Virus record (IMG/VR): IMGVR_UViG_3300029448_000012
Origin: an uncultured virus (IMG/VR IMGVR_UViG_3300029448_000012)
Lineage: Duplodnaviria > Heunggongvirae > Uroviricota > Caudoviricetes
Length of the DNA: 64,000 nucleotides
Direction: 5' to 3' (one strand)
Shown here: positions 1 through 10,988 of the stretch, piece by piece
Position numbering within the stretch: the first letter of the stretch is position 1
How the letters are laid out: each line of letters starts with the position of its first letter
The notes under the pieces: model-generated
Told to the model about the DNA's origin: nothing
The model's database searches: none
Seen by the model: only the letters and a program-made list of their open reading frames with translations
Translations under genes and position numbers: made by a program

Positions 1-1275
1 ACATTAACTAACTTAGATGCTACCGGAACAGTAATTGCTGGTACACTTGCTGTGACAGGAGTTTTGTCTAGACCCGTAACTGTTGACTCGGGCACTTATG
101 GATCAGCAACATTAATTCCACAAATTACAGTTGATACTTCTGGGTTTATTGATAGTATTGGAGAAGTATTAGTTGCTGGAGTAACTGGATTTGCTCTTGA
201 TTCTGCTACTGGTGTTTTGTCAATTAGTACTGCCGATGGTGGAACATTTTCTGCAATCATTGACTCAAATTATTTAGCTGAAAAAGTTAAAAATCTTGAA
301 GGTGATATTACGATCACCACGAATGATGATGGAGCTGGAGTAGGTCCAAGCATTATACTTCAACGTGATACTGCTTCTCCAGCTGATTCAGATTTGCTTG
401 GTCAAATTATTTTTAGAGGTAAAGATGATGGTGGTAGTAATCAAGAGTACGCCAAGATTCGCGGTGTTATTCATGATGCTTCTGCCGGCGTTGAAGATGG
501 AGCAATCGAAACATTTATTTTCGATAGTGGTGCGTATGATATTGCTACTCGCCTATCTAAATCTTCATTTGAATTACTAAGTAATATTCCTCTTAAAGCA
601 AATAGTGTGGTTATAGATGGAGAGCTTGTTGACTCATCCTTTGTGTCTAAACGCGCTAAAGAAATTACTTCATCAGAATTTAAAGTTATCTCAACTAGCG
701 ACAACTCATTGTTTGGGCCTAAGATAGCACTTGATAGAAATAGTTCTTCTCCATCAGACTCAGATGCAATTGGAATAATTGAATTTCGTGGTAGAAATTC
801 AGTAGACTCTGAAATTAAATATGGAGCTATAGAAGCATTTTTAGCAGATCCATCAGCCGACTCTGAAGACGGTGAAATTCAATTTCATATCACTCAATCA
901 GGATTTGATCGACCAAAGTTAATTATTAATAGACAAGGTGTCTTATTAGACAGACAAGAAAGATTAATTTTTCAAGATGATTCGCATCAACAGATTATTG
1001 CTCCAGCAAATTACACATCCGGACATACATTAACTTTACCAGACTCAACCGGTACGTTATTTACTGTTGATCACTTATTCAAATTAATTGATTCAAGTTT
1101 TATTAATGCACGAATAGATGTAAGCATACCAACTCTTAATTTTAAAGACAGAGATTCAAATGAATTTTCATTAGTGGTTCGTAATAATATCCTGTTTACT
1201 GGAGGGGTTGTATCTCTTGCTGACACTGTAACGCTTTTGAATGAAGACAGTGCAGAAATATTAATTACGTTATAA
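1..1275 (+). CDS. Virion structural / tail-fibre-like protein, 5'-truncated by window edge
   Basis: Frame is open from base 1. G/S/T/D-rich, with an internally duplicated domain (GPxIxLxRxxxSPxDSDxxGxIxFRG twice). Lies upstream of the neck genes. Confidence 0.7.
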   Translation, partial: TLTNLDATGTVIAGTLAVTGVLSRPVTVDSGTYGSATLIPQITVDTSGFIDSIGEVLVAGVTGFALDSATGVLSISTADGGTFSAIIDSNYLAEKVKNLEGDITITTNDDGAGVGPSIILQRDTASPADSDLLGQIIFRGKDDGGSNQEYAKIRGVIHDASAGVEDGAIETFIFDSGAYDIATRLSKSSFELLSNIPLKANSVVIDGELVDSSFVSKRAKEITSSEFKVISTSDNSLFGPKIALDRNSSSPSDSDAIGIIEFRGRNSVDSEIKYGAIEAFLADPSADSEDGEIQFHITQSGFDRPKLIINRQGVLLDRQERLIFQDDSHQQIIAPANYTSGHTLTLPDSTGTLFTVDHLFKLIDSSFINARIDVSIPTLNFKDRDSNEFSLVVRNNILFTGGVVSLADTVTLLNEDSAEILITL

Positions 1276-1279
1276 CTAG

Positions 1280-1287
1280 TATAAATA
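1280..1287 (+). promoter_or_regulatory. T4-type late promoter TATAAATA
   Basis: Exact gp55 consensus just upstream of the 1306 ATG. Confidence 0.75.
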
Positions 1288-1305
1288 GCAAAAAAGGAAC
1301 GCAAA

Positions 1306-4300
1306 ATGGCAGATCGTATTCCAATTGTAATCGAAGGATCTACTCTTCGAGAGATATCCAACGGTGACAGAGTTAACATAAGCGGTAACGCACTTCAGGT
1401 CGGAGGTAATATTACACCTGATACTGACTCTGCGTATGATATCGGTACATCATCTCTCAAGTTTAAAGACATTCATCTTTCAAGTGGTACTATTCATCTC
1501 GGAGGCGTAAAGTTAAAAGCCGATGGAGGACAATTATCAATTCAAGATAGTACTGGCGCAGCAGCACCAATTGCTGCGGCCTCTTTACAAACTAACACTA
1601 CTGATGATCTTACCGAAGGTTCTTCAAATCTTTTTTATACTACTGCACGCGCCGATTCTGCCGCTCGGTCTGCTCTTGTTGGTATAGATGCAGGTGGTGA
1701 TGGTTCCTTCTCATATGATTCTGCTACTGGTAAATTTACTTATACTGGTCCTTCTGCCTCAGAAGCTCGAGCTCATGTATCTGCCACTGATGCTGGCGGC
1801 GACGGTTCTTTTTCATATGATGCTAGTACCGGTGTCTTTACTTATACGGGTCCTTCTGCAACAGAAATAAGATCGCACTTCCAAGCATTAAACGCAAATG
1901 GATTTGGATCTTTAACCTTTGATTCTGCTACCGGCACTTTCACCTATACTGGATTCACAGGCGACTCTTCTAGACAACTTTTTGATTCTGCGTTAGGTGA
2001 TGCAACTTCAGCGCAAACTATTAGAAATTATTTTTCATTTTCAGATCAAGGTGGAGATGGAAGCTTTTCATACGATTCATCAACTGGAGTGTTTACGTAT
2101 GTAGGTCCAAGTGCCAGTGACGTAAGAGCACATATTACGGCAAATAAAGGTGTAAGTATTACATCAGGCGAAATCAACGTCGACTCTGCAAATATAAGAG
2201 CAATATTTTCTGCAATTGATTCTGGCGGAGATGGAGCTTTTTCTTATGAACAAGATACTGGTAAATTCATATATCGTGGACCATCTGCCGCAGAAGTAAG
2301 AGCACATATTAATGTTGTTGATGCCGGTGGAGACGGTTCGTTTGCTTATGATTCAAGTCTTGGTAAGTTAACATATACCGGTCCGTCTGCGGCTGAAGCC
2401 CGAGCGCATGTTTCTGCTACGGACGCAGGTGGTGATGGCTCATTTGCCTACAATGCAAGTACAGGAGTATTCACTTATACTGGACCAAGTCCAGCTGAAA
2501 CTCGTGCTCATATTAATGTTGTCGACGCTGGAGGTGATGGATCATTTGCTTATGATTCTGCTCTTGGTAAATTAACATACACTGGGCCAAGTGCTTCAGA
2601 GGTTCGAGCCAAAGTATCTGCTACTGACGCCGGAGGAGACGGTTCATTTGCTTATAATAGTAGCACCGGTGTATTTACATACACCGGACCAAGTGCTTCG
2701 GAAGTAAGAGCTCACGTATCTGTTACTGATGCTGGAGGAGATGGATCATTATCTTATAATAACTCAAACGGAGTATTTACTTACACTGGTCCATCCGCTA
2801 CAGAAGTAAGAGCAAAACTTGTTGCTGGTAGCGGTATAGTATATGATTCAGCTGCTGGAAGAATCTCAACCTCTGGACAAGGATTAGCTTCTACAGATTC
2901 TGTAACATTTGCTGGATTATACGTTTCAGGAAATACTATTATTGGTGGCGATTTTACAGTTAACGGTACAACAACAACGATTAACTCAGAAAACAAAGTA
3001 ATTAATGATCACCTATTTGGATTAAATGATGGTGTTTCAGGTGGCACTAACAACACTGATATTGGATTTATTTTTGAGCGTGGTACGACTGGTAATAATG
3101 CAACGTTTGCCTTTATTGAAGCGAGTGACAAATTTCAGTTAGGTACAACAGCCGATAGTCCTGGCCATCCTGGTAACCTTACAATTTCAACCGGAACTTT
3201 GATTGCTAATATTGAAGGAAATGTTACCGGTAACGTTACCGGTAACGTATCTGGTTCATCCGGATCAACAACTGGTAACGCAGCTACTGCTACTGCTTTA
3301 CAGAATGCTAGAACCATTGGTGGTGTATCATTTGACGGCACCGGTAATATTAACCTTCCAGGCGTTAATACTTCAGGAAACCAGAATACTTCAGGTACTG
3401 CTGCAGTTGCAACGGCTATTACAGTTTCAGATAATGAGTCTACAAATGAGAATAACCACATTCTCTTTGGTGCCGGCGGAGCAGGCTCTGGTAACATTGG
3501 TGTTGAAGCCGATGGTAATATGACTTACAATCCAAGTACTGGTAAGATTACTGCTACTGGGTTTGTTGGTGCTTTAGAGGGCAACGCAACAACCGCTACT
3601 ACTCTTGCAACTGGCAGAACCTTTTCATTGACCGGCGATGTTACTGCCAGTGCAGTGTCATTTAATGGTAGTGGAAACATTGCGTTGGCTACAACAATTG
3701 CTGCTAATTCAGTGGCTCTTGGTACTGACACAACTGGTAACTATGTACAACAGGGTGCTACATCTGGTAATGGTATTTCAGGATCCGTCAACTCAGAAGG
3801 TGGAACATTTACAGTTACATCAAATGCTACGAACGCAAATAACGCTTCAACTATTGTATTTCGAGATGGATCTGGCAACTTTAGCGCTGGTACTATTACT
3901 GCTACGTTAAGTGGTAATGCTTCAACAGCAACGAGCGCGACTAGCGCAACTAACTCTACTAATGCGACAAACTTTAACGTTGCTGCTGATAATAGTACTA
4001 ACTCTTCACATTTTGTGGTTTTTGTTGGCGGTGCTACTGGTAACCAGAGGCCTAATTCTGATACTGGACTAACATATAATCCATCTTCGAATACGTTATC
4101 AACTAGTACGTTTTCTGGTGCTTTGTCGGGTAACGCAACCACTGCTACTCGACTGCAAACTGCTAGAACCATTGGTGGCGTATCATTTAACGGTACTGCT
4201 AATATTAACTTACCAGGTGTTAACACTTCAGGAAACCAGAATACTTCTGGTAACGCAGCTACTGCTACTGCTTTACAGAATGCTAGAACTATTGGTGGTG

Positions 4301-4770
4301 TGTCATTTAACGGTACTTCTAATATTAACCTTCCGGGTGTTAACACTTCCGGTAACCAGAATACTTCAGGTACTGCAACTAATGCAACAAACTTTAACGT
4401 TGCTGCTGATAATAGTACTAATGCTACACATTATGTTATCTTTACTGGTGGTGCTACCGGTAACCAAAGACCCAATTCTGATACTGGACTAACATATAAT
4501 CCATCTTCGGGGGCGTTATCGACTAATACGTTTTCTGGTGCTTTATCGGGTAATGCTACAACTGCCACTCGTTTACAAACTGCTAGAACCATATCATTAA
4601 CAGGTAATGTAACTGGTTCGACATCATTTAACGGTAGTGGCAATGTTTCTATATCCTGTTCGTTGGCTGCAAACTCAGTAAACTCTAATGAGCTTGCTAG
4701 TGCATCAACACTTCAAATTAAAAATACATCAGGCTCGGTTTTAAAAACTGTTATTGGAGCAGGTAACTGA
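1306..4770 (+). CDS. Long repetitive tail-fibre-like virion protein (1154 aa)
   Basis: G/S/T/N/A-rich. Contains 34-aa repeats and ATxLQTARTIGGVSFNG fibre repeats. Directly precedes gp13. Confidence 0.75.
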   Translation: MADRIPIVIEGSTLREISNGDRVNISGNALQVGGNITPDTDSAYDIGTSSLKFKDIHLSSGTIHLGGVKLKADGGQLSIQDSTGAAAPIAAASLQTNTTDDLTEGSSNLFYTTARADSAARSALVGIDAGGDGSFSYDSATGKFTYTGPSASEARAHVSATDAGGDGSFSYDASTGVFTYTGPSATEIRSHFQALNANGFGSLTFDSATGTFTYTGFTGDSSRQLFDSALGDATSAQTIRNYFSFSDQGGDGSFSYDSSTGVFTYVGPSASDVRAHITANKGVSITSGEINVDSANIRAIFSAIDSGGDGAFSYEQDTGKFIYRGPSAAEVRAHINVVDAGGDGSFAYDSSLGKLTYTGPSAAEARAHVSATDAGGDGSFAYNASTGVFTYTGPSPAETRAHINVVDAGGDGSFAYDSALGKLTYTGPSASEVRAKVSATDAGGDGSFAYNSSTGVFTYTGPSASEVRAHVSVTDAGGDGSLSYNNSNGVFTYTGPSATEVRAKLVAGSGIVYDSAAGRISTSGQGLASTDSVTFAGLYVSGNTIIGGDFTVNGTTTTINSENKVINDHLFGLNDGVSGGTNNTDIGFIFERGTTGNNATFAFIEASDKFQLGTTADSPGHPGNLTISTGTLIANIEGNVTGNVTGNVSGSSGSTTGNAATATALQNARTIGGVSFDGTGNINLPGVNTSGNQNTSGTAAVATAITVSDNESTNENNHILFGAGGAGSGNIGVEADGNMTYNPSTGKITATGFVGALEGNATTATTLATGRTFSLTGDVTASAVSFNGSGNIALATTIAANSVALGTDTTGNYVQQGATSGNGISGSVNSEGGTFTVTSNATNANNASTIVFRDGSGNFSAGTITATLSGNASTATSATSATNSTNATNFNVAADNSTNSSHFVVFVGGATGNQRPNSDTGLTYNPSSNTLSTSTFSGALSGNATTATRLQTARTIGGVSFNGTANINLPGVNTSGNQNTSGNAATATALQNARTIGGVSFNGTSNINLPGVNTSGNQNTSGTATNATNFNVAADNSTNATHYVIFTGGATGNQRPNSDTGLTYNPSSGALSTNTFSGALSGNATTATRLQTARTISLTGNVTGSTSFNGSGNVSISCSLAANSVNSNELASASTLQIKNTSGSVLKTVIGAGN
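1678..2817 (+). repeat. About 10 copies of a 34-aa (102-nt) coding repeat xxxxDAGGDGSFxYxxxxGxxTYTGPSAxExRAH
   Basis: Read directly from the translation; one copy is degenerate. Confidence 0.9.
3274..4600 (+). repeat. Second coding repeat family (LQNARTIGGVSFxGTxNINLPGVNTSGNQNTSG x3) plus a ~210-nt duplication, 3961-4170 vs 4381-4590
   Basis: Near-identical DNA blocks 420 nt apart. Confidence 0.85.
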
Positions 4771-5525
4771 TGGCTAATCCTAATTCAAGACAAGGTTTAA
4801 TAGACTATTGTAAGCGTAGGCTTGGTGACCCAGTTATTGAGATTAACGTTGATGAAGATCAGCTTGAAGATAGAGTTGACGAGGCAATACAATATTATCA
4901 GGAGTTTCATTCTGATGCAACATACAGAGCATATGCATCTCATGAATTAACAAACGCTGATATAGCGAATAAATTTATTACAACTTCTTCTGAAGTGCAT
5001 TATGTGTCTAAAGTATTTCCATTGATTACGAGTACTACTGCCTCGAAAAATCTATTTAATCTTAGATATCAGCTTCATCTATCAGAAATTACTGATATGT
5101 CACAATTTGCAGGTGACATTGCTTATTACGAACAAATTCAACAATATCTTTCATTACTTGATATGACACTCAATGGTCACACTATGGTTGATTTTGCTCG
5201 TAGACAAAATAGAATTTATATTCATGGCCATTTTGAAGATTTAGACGTTGTGGCCGGCGATTTTATCGTATACGAATACTATAGTACAATCGATCCTGAT
5301 ACTCACACTTCAATCTATAATGATCTGTGGTTAAAAGAATACACAACTGCTCTTATTAAACTTCAATGGGGAATGAATCTTATGAAGTTTGAAGGCATGC
5401 AGCTACCGGGTGGTGTAATTATTAATGGTCGCCAGTTATATGATGATGCTACAGGAGAACTCCAGGACTTAAAGGAAAGAATTAGACTTGAATTTGAAAT
5501 GCCAGCTGACTTTTTTATAGGATAA
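4770..5525 (+). CDS. gp13: Neck protein gp13
   Basis: LxDYCxRRLGxPVIEINV start, QLPGGVxxNG near the C-terminus; T4 synteny. Confidence 0.92.
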   Translation: MANPNSRQGLIDYCKRRLGDPVIEINVDEDQLEDRVDEAIQYYQEFHSDATYRAYASHELTNADIANKFITTSSEVHYVSKVFPLITSTTASKNLFNLRYQLHLSEITDMSQFAGDIAYYEQIQQYLSLLDMTLNGHTMVDFARRQNRIYIHGHFEDLDVVAGDFIVYEYYSTIDPDTHTSIYNDLWLKEYTTALIKLQWGMNLMKFEGMQLPGGVIINGRQLYDDATGELQDLKERIRLEFEMPADFFIG

Positions 5526-5528
5526 ATC

Positions 5529-6437
5529 ATGGCTACCAATTTTTATTTTAGTCAAAAGGTAAGATCAGAACAAAACCTTTATGAAGACATTGTTCTTGAA
5601 TCTATTAAGATGTATGGACAAGACGTTTATTATCTACCACGTGACATTGTAAATGAAAATAAAGTATTCGGTGAAGATGTTCCTTCTTCATTCAATTCAT
5701 CTTATAAAGTTGAAATGTATATCGACAACATCGAAGGATTTGACGGTGAGGGAGATCTTTTTACTCGATTCGGTGTTGAAATTAGAGATGAAGCAACCTT
5801 TATTGTATCTAGACGTAGATGGTCACAAACAGTTTCTAGATATGACAACAATATTTCAGGTGATAGGCCAAGAGAAGGTGACCTGATATATCTTCCTCTT
5901 TCAAATTCTATGTTTGAAATCACACACGTAGAACATGAGCAGCCTTTCTATCAATTATCAAATCTTCCAGTATTTCGTTGTAGAGCACACTTATTTGAAT
6001 ATAATGATGAAGACTTTGATACTGGTGTCGACACTATTCAAGATATTGAAGAAAGATACGCATATCAATATGCTCTTAAATTAGATTCTTCAAGTTACTT
6101 TACTGTTCCTGGAAACCTTGTGGCACAAACTCTTTCAGATGGAGCGGTTATGTCAGGTGAAGTAATGAAATATTCTGATAGTGATGATCTTCTTTTCGTT
6201 GGCCATGTAGGATCTAGTGATGGACTTTATCGTAACTTTGTGACAAGTGATTCAGCTTCTCTTAAAATTAGAATTTCTGGTAACGGTCGAAATGATTCAG
6301 ATCTTACAATACTTTCAGTAACTGATTCAGATAATAAAATATCTGAAAATGAACAAAATGCATTCTTCTCAGAATATATTGACGATTTCCTTGACTTCTC
6401 TGAAAGCAATCCATTTGGTGATCCGGAGAATAACTAA
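5529..6437 (+). CDS. gp14: Neck protein gp14
   Basis: ESIKMYGQDVYYLPR, RPREGDLIY, DFSESNPFG. Confidence 0.92.
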   Translation: MATNFYFSQKVRSEQNLYEDIVLESIKMYGQDVYYLPRDIVNENKVFGEDVPSSFNSSYKVEMYIDNIEGFDGEGDLFTRFGVEIRDEATFIVSRRRWSQTVSRYDNNISGDRPREGDLIYLPLSNSMFEITHVEHEQPFYQLSNLPVFRCRAHLFEYNDEDFDTGVDTIQDIEERYAYQYALKLDSSSYFTVPGNLVAQTLSDGAVMSGEVMKYSDSDDLLFVGHVGSSDGLYRNFVTSDSASLKIRISGNGRNDSDLTILSVTDSDNKISENEQNAFFSEYIDDFLDFSESNPFGDPENN

Positions 6438-7228
6438 TGTTTGGTGGACACTTTTATCATGAAAAAACAAGAAAAGCAGTTGCTCTCTTTGGTAAACTGT
6501 TTAATAACTTGTATGTAGTTCGTAAGAATAGTAGTGGCGCAGTTATTTCTCAAGTAAAAGTTCCGTTGGCGTATGCTCCAAAATCAAAATATCTTGAACG
6601 TATTAGAGAAAATCCGGATTTAACAAATGATACAAAAGTAGCTATTAAGCTTCCTCGTATGTCTTTTGAAATTACAGCTTTTTCGTATGATAACCAGAGA
6701 CAGTTAACAAAGACAAATCACTTTACACAATTTGGTACTGCTAACACAAATAGAAATAAATTTCTTACTGATGTTCCTTATGTACTTTCATTTCAATTAA
6801 ATATTTATGCTAAAACACAAGATGATGCGTTACAGTTAGTAGAGCAGATTTTACCTACGTTTAATCCACAATACAGTGTAACGATGAAGCCGTTTTCAGA
6901 TTTTCCAAGTATACTTGAAGATGTGCCGGTTACTATATTAGGTGTAAGCTTTTCTGATGATTTTGAAGGAGAGCTTGGAGCTCGTAGAACTCTTGTGTAT
7001 ACCATTGACTTTGAAATGAGAATAAAATATCATAGTGCAACAAATACTGGTAAAATCATTAGAGATTCTCGTGCAAAAATATTTGATATTAAAGGTGGAT
7101 TACAAGATTCTGATTTAAGACTAGTAACTCTTCAAGTTACCCCTGATTCAGATGGAATAAATATATTAGGTGATTCTGACTTTGGATTTACTACAACACA
7201 TTATGGTGCCGACAGTGACGTCTCATGA
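6437..7228 (+). CDS. gp15: Tail sheath stabiliser / terminator gp15
   Basis: FGKLFNN, KVPLAYAPK, LPRMSFEI, QLVEQILP. Confidence 0.92.
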   Translation: MFGGHFYHEKTRKAVALFGKLFNNLYVVRKNSSGAVISQVKVPLAYAPKSKYLERIRENPDLTNDTKVAIKLPRMSFEITAFSYDNQRQLTKTNHFTQFGTANTNRNKFLTDVPYVLSFQLNIYAKTQDDALQLVEQILPTFNPQYSVTMKPFSDFPSILEDVPVTILGVSFSDDFEGELGARRTLVYTIDFEMRIKYHSATNTGKIIRDSRAKIFDIKGGLQDSDLRLVTLQVTPDSDGINILGDSDFGFTTTHYGADSDVS

Positions 7229-7583
7229 TAACAATTCTAAGAATGATTATGATTATTCGCGCGACACGTATTACGAACTCTTAGAAAAAGGTAAAGAAGC
7301 TCTTGAAGATATGATTAACGTAGCTCGAGAATCAGAACATCCAAGAGCTTATGAAGTACTATCAGGTATGATAAAAAATATTTCAGACGTAAATGATCGT
7401 TTGATGGATCTCAATAAAAAACAAAAAGATCTTGAGAAAAAGGATGATATAAAGCAAGTTGAAAATCAGCAAAATAATTTTTATTTGGGATCTACTGCTG
7501 ATATTCAAAGAATGCTTCAAGGTGATGTAATTGATGCTGAACCAGTTAAGAACGTATCTCGGGAATCCGAATCTCAAACGTGA
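7203..7583 (+). CDS. gp16: Terminase small subunit gp16 (start uncertain)
   Basis: ARESEHPRAYEV motif and NNFYLGSTADIQRML; sits before gp17. Confidence 0.88.
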   Translation: MVPTVTSHDNNSKNDYDYSRDTYYELLEKGKEALEDMINVARESEHPRAYEVLSGMIKNISDVNDRLMDLNKKQKDLEKKDDIKQVENQQNNFYLGSTADIQRMLQGDVIDAEPVKNVSRESESQT

Positions 7584-9120
7584 CGGTGTTCAAGAACAAT
7601 GGACACCTGAAAAGTTAAGAGAATATAAGAAGTGTATGGATGATCCCGTATATTTCGCAGAAAAATATGTAAAGGTAATTTCACTCGATAAGGGATTAGT
7701 TCCATTTAAATTATATCCTTATCAGAAAAAAATGTTTGGTAATTTTAATGAGCATAGGTTTAACATTGTACTCGCCTGCCGGCAAAGCGGTAAATCAATA
7801 TCAGCATGTGCGTACATGCTCTGGTATGCGTTGTTTCATCCGGAAAAAACTGTTGCAATCTTGGCTAACAAAGGAGCAACGGCAAGAGAAATGCTTGGGC
7901 GTATCACCCTTATGCTTGAAAACTTACCGTTCTTTTTGCAACCAGGATCAAAAGCTGTTAACAAAGGTTCGCTTGAGTTTGGTAATAATTCTAGAATCAT
8001 TACTTCTGCAACCTCTGGGTCTTCTATCCGTGGTTTGTCTATCAACCTTCTTTATCTTGATGAGTTTGCTTTCGTAGAAAGAGCAGCAGAGTTTTATACT
8101 TCCACATATCCAGTAATTTCAGCCGGTAAAGATACTAAAGTTATTATTACATCTACTGCCAATGGTATTGGTAATATGTTCTATAAACTTTGGGAAGGAT
8201 CTACACAAGGCGTGAATGAATTTCACGCGTTTAGAGTTGATTGGTGGGATGTTCCAGAACGTGATGAAAAATGGAAAGATGAAACAATAGCCAACACCTC
8301 TCAATTGCAATTTGATCAAGAATTTGGAAACACTTTCTTTGGCACCGGTGATACACTTGTTGGTGCAGAAACTCTTATGAAATTCAGAGCGCACAATCCT
8401 AAAAGATTTTTAGAAAACGGTGACTTTTTAGTATATAAAGAGCCAATAAAAAAGCATGAGTATATTATTACAGTTGATGTTGGAAAGGGAAGAGGCCAAG
8501 ACTATTCTACATTTAACGTGATCGATATTAGCGTGTCGCCTTTTGAGCAAGTTGCTGTGTACCGCAACAATACTATCTCGCCTTTGCTCTTCCCGAATAT
8601 TATTTATAAATATGCAAATGTCTATAACAAGGCTTATACAATTGTAGAATCAAATGATCAGGGATCTGTAGTGTGCAATGGTTTATATCATGAATTAGAA
8701 TATGAAAATGTTCATGTAGAATCCACAGTAACAGCAGATTCTATTGGAATATTGATGACTCGCAAAGTTAAAAGACTAGGTTGTTCTGGTCTTAAAGATA
8801 TTTTAGAAAATGGAAAACTAAAAGTTGTGGATGAAAATACAATTCTAGAAATATCTACATTTGTGGCCAGAGGACAGTCATATGAAGCGGCAGATGGAAA
8901 TCATGATGATTTGATTATGAATTTAGTTATGTTTGCATTTTTTGCACAAACTCAATTCTTTAATGACATGACTAATATCAATTTAAAACAAATGTTATTT
9001 GAGAAAAGAGTAAAAGATATTGAAGATGACATAGTGCCATTTGGATTTGTCGACGATGGATCTGATTATATAGATCAGATTGAGAGACCTGAATGGGTGA
9101 TTGAATTTGATGAAAATTGA
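7531..9120 (+). CDS. gp17: Terminase large subunit gp17
   Basis: YLGNPNLKR, RQSGKS (Walker A), LYLDEFAF (Walker B), RNase H-like nuclease with HDDL. Confidence 0.97.
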   Translation: MMLNQLRTYLGNPNLKRDGVQEQWTPEKLREYKKCMDDPVYFAEKYVKVISLDKGLVPFKLYPYQKKMFGNFNEHRFNIVLACRQSGKSISACAYMLWYALFHPEKTVAILANKGATAREMLGRITLMLENLPFFLQPGSKAVNKGSLEFGNNSRIITSATSGSSIRGLSINLLYLDEFAFVERAAEFYTSTYPVISAGKDTKVIITSTANGIGNMFYKLWEGSTQGVNEFHAFRVDWWDVPERDEKWKDETIANTSQLQFDQEFGNTFFGTGDTLVGAETLMKFRAHNPKRFLENGDFLVYKEPIKKHEYIITVDVGKGRGQDYSTFNVIDISVSPFEQVAVYRNNTISPLLFPNIIYKYANVYNKAYTIVESNDQGSVVCNGLYHELEYENVHVESTVTADSIGILMTRKVKRLGCSGLKDILENGKLKVVDENTILEISTFVARGQSYEAADGNHDDLIMNLVMFAFFAQTQFFNDMTNINLKQMLFEKRVKDIEDDIVPFGFVDDGSDYIDQIERPEWVIEFDEN

Positions 9121-9125
9121 TTTTA

Positions 9126-9133
9126 TATAAATA
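9126..9133 (+). promoter_or_regulatory. Late promoter TATAAATA
   Basis: Consensus upstream of gp18. Confidence 0.75.
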
Positions 9134-9192
9134 TAACCATACAGTGAACAATCGTATTATGACCCACAAAATTAACCCAAAGAGGTACAATC

Positions 9193-10974
9193 ATGGCACT
9201 TTTTGCACCATCTGAATCTCCTGCGGTTGTCGTCAAAGAGGTAGATCTGACAGGCGGTGTGCCAAATGTCCAGACTTCTACTGGAGCGTACGCAGGTAAA
9301 TTCATGTGGGGGCCGGCTAACAAAACAGTATTAGTATCTAATGAAGAAGATCTAGTAGAAACTTTTGGAACACCGGATACAGCCCACTCAATTAATTTTC
9401 ATGACGCAGCATATTTCCTGCGTTATTCAAACACTCTTCAACTAGTACGTATCGCTGATTCTTCTGCAGGAAACGCGGTATCAACTTCTGGTCAAACTTC
9501 TGCATATGGAGTAGGCACTTATACAGTACCGACTGTTAAAAATGAAGATGATTTTGATGCTCAGTTTGCAGCTCTTGATTCTGACGGGCATACATTTATA
9601 GCACGTTTTCCAGGATCACTTGGTAGTGGAATTAGAGTTTCAGTTTGCCCACCATCAGTTGCTGATTCAGCCTTTGACGGCTGGATTTATAAAAGCTCTT
9701 TTGATGCAGCACCCGGCACTTCTGATTTTACTTTTGCTCGTAACGGAACAAATGATGAAGTACACGTTGCTGTAGTTGATGTAAATGGAGTATTCAGCGG
9801 AACACAAGGGACGCTATTAGAAACATATCCATTCTTATCAGTAGCAACCGATGCTAAAAACGTTGATGACGGATCTTCAATCTTTATTAAAGATGTTCTT
9901 AACGAACGTTCTCAGTACATCAACTTTATTGATTTTGATTCTAACTTTAAAAATTTTGGTAATGCTGGTACAGCAACAACTTCTGGAACGTCTAAAGATT
10001 TTCTTGGTAATGCTGTACAAACATCTGCAGTTGTTAACTTTGAGTTTGATTCAGGTACAAACTCTGGAACAATCAGCGCTGGTCAATATTTAACTGCCTT
10101 TGATCTTTTTGAAGACAAAGACGTAATTGAAGTTGACTTCTTAATTGCACCAGGCATGACATCTAGATCTGATCAAACTGTAGTTACTAATGATCTCATT
10201 TCAATTGCGGCAGCACGTAAAGATTGTATTGTTGTAACAGGGCCAGCACGCAATGATGTTGTAAATCAAACCAGTGATGCCACAATCACAACAAACATTA
10301 CAACCACATCAAACACGTTTACTCGCTCTAGTTATTCAACCGTAATTGGCAACTATTTAAAAGTTTACGATAAATTCAACGATCAGCTTATTCAAATTCC
10401 TGCTTCTTCATCTATTGCAGGTCTTATGGCTGAAACAGATCGTGTAGCTGCTCCTTGGTTCTCACCAGCTGGCACAAGACGTGGAGCACTTCTTGGTGTA
10501 ACATCGATAAACTACAATCCGAACAAAACTCGCAGAGACGTATTGTATAAAGCAGGCGTCAACCCGATTGTAAATCTACCGGGCAGAGGTATTCATCTTT
10601 TCGGTGATAAAACAGCACTTTCAAGACCATCAGCATTCGATCGTATTAACGTACGGCGCTTGTTCTTAACACTCGAAAGAGCGATTGAAAGAGCTGCTAA
10701 AGATGTACTCTTTGAATTCAATGATGAATTTACAAGAGCAGAATTCGTTAACATTATTGAACCAGTACTTAGAGATGTTAAAGGTCGTAGAGGTATTACA
10801 GACTTCCGGATTGTGGCTGACGAAACAGTCAACACTCCAACAGTCATAGATAGCAATCAGTTTATTGCTAATATCTTTATCAAGCCTGCTCGTTCTATCA
10901 ACTTCATTACTTTAAATTTTGTAGCTGTTAGAACTGGCGTTAGCTTCGAAGAAGTAACTGGTCAGGCATTTTAA
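9193..10974 (+). CDS. gp18: Tail sheath protein gp18
   Basis: SPAVVVKEVDLT, PWFSPAG, FDRINVRRLF, IKPARSINFITLNF. Confidence 0.97.
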   Translation: MALFAPSESPAVVVKEVDLTGGVPNVQTSTGAYAGKFMWGPANKTVLVSNEEDLVETFGTPDTAHSINFHDAAYFLRYSNTLQLVRIADSSAGNAVSTSGQTSAYGVGTYTVPTVKNEDDFDAQFAALDSDGHTFIARFPGSLGSGIRVSVCPPSVADSAFDGWIYKSSFDAAPGTSDFTFARNGTNDEVHVAVVDVNGVFSGTQGTLLETYPFLSVATDAKNVDDGSSIFIKDVLNERSQYINFIDFDSNFKNFGNAGTATTSGTSKDFLGNAVQTSAVVNFEFDSGTNSGTISAGQYLTAFDLFEDKDVIEVDFLIAPGMTSRSDQTVVTNDLISIAAARKDCIVVTGPARNDVVNQTSDATITTNITTTSNTFTRSSYSTVIGNYLKVYDKFNDQLIQIPASSSIAGLMAETDRVAAPWFSPAGTRRGALLGVTSINYNPNKTRRDVLYKAGVNPIVNLPGRGIHLFGDKTALSRPSAFDRINVRRLFLTLERAIERAAKDVLFEFNDEFTRAEFVNIIEPVLRDVKGRRGITDFRIVADETVNTPTVIDSNQFIANIFIKPARSINFITLNFVAVRTGVSFEEVTGQAF

Positions 10975-10988
10975 AGGAGGGATAACTC

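Noticed and set aside
1678..4600. CRISPR array or DGR template/variable repeats in the fibre gene
   Set aside because: The repeats are in-frame coding units that differ mostly at synonymous positions, with no unique spacers. I saw no adenine-specific pattern, and there is no reverse transcriptase in the window.
2781..4643. Long minus-strand ORFs (e.g. 3741-4346)
   Set aside because: Antisense shadows of the repetitive Gly/Thr/Asn-rich fibre gene, with no SD or promoter support
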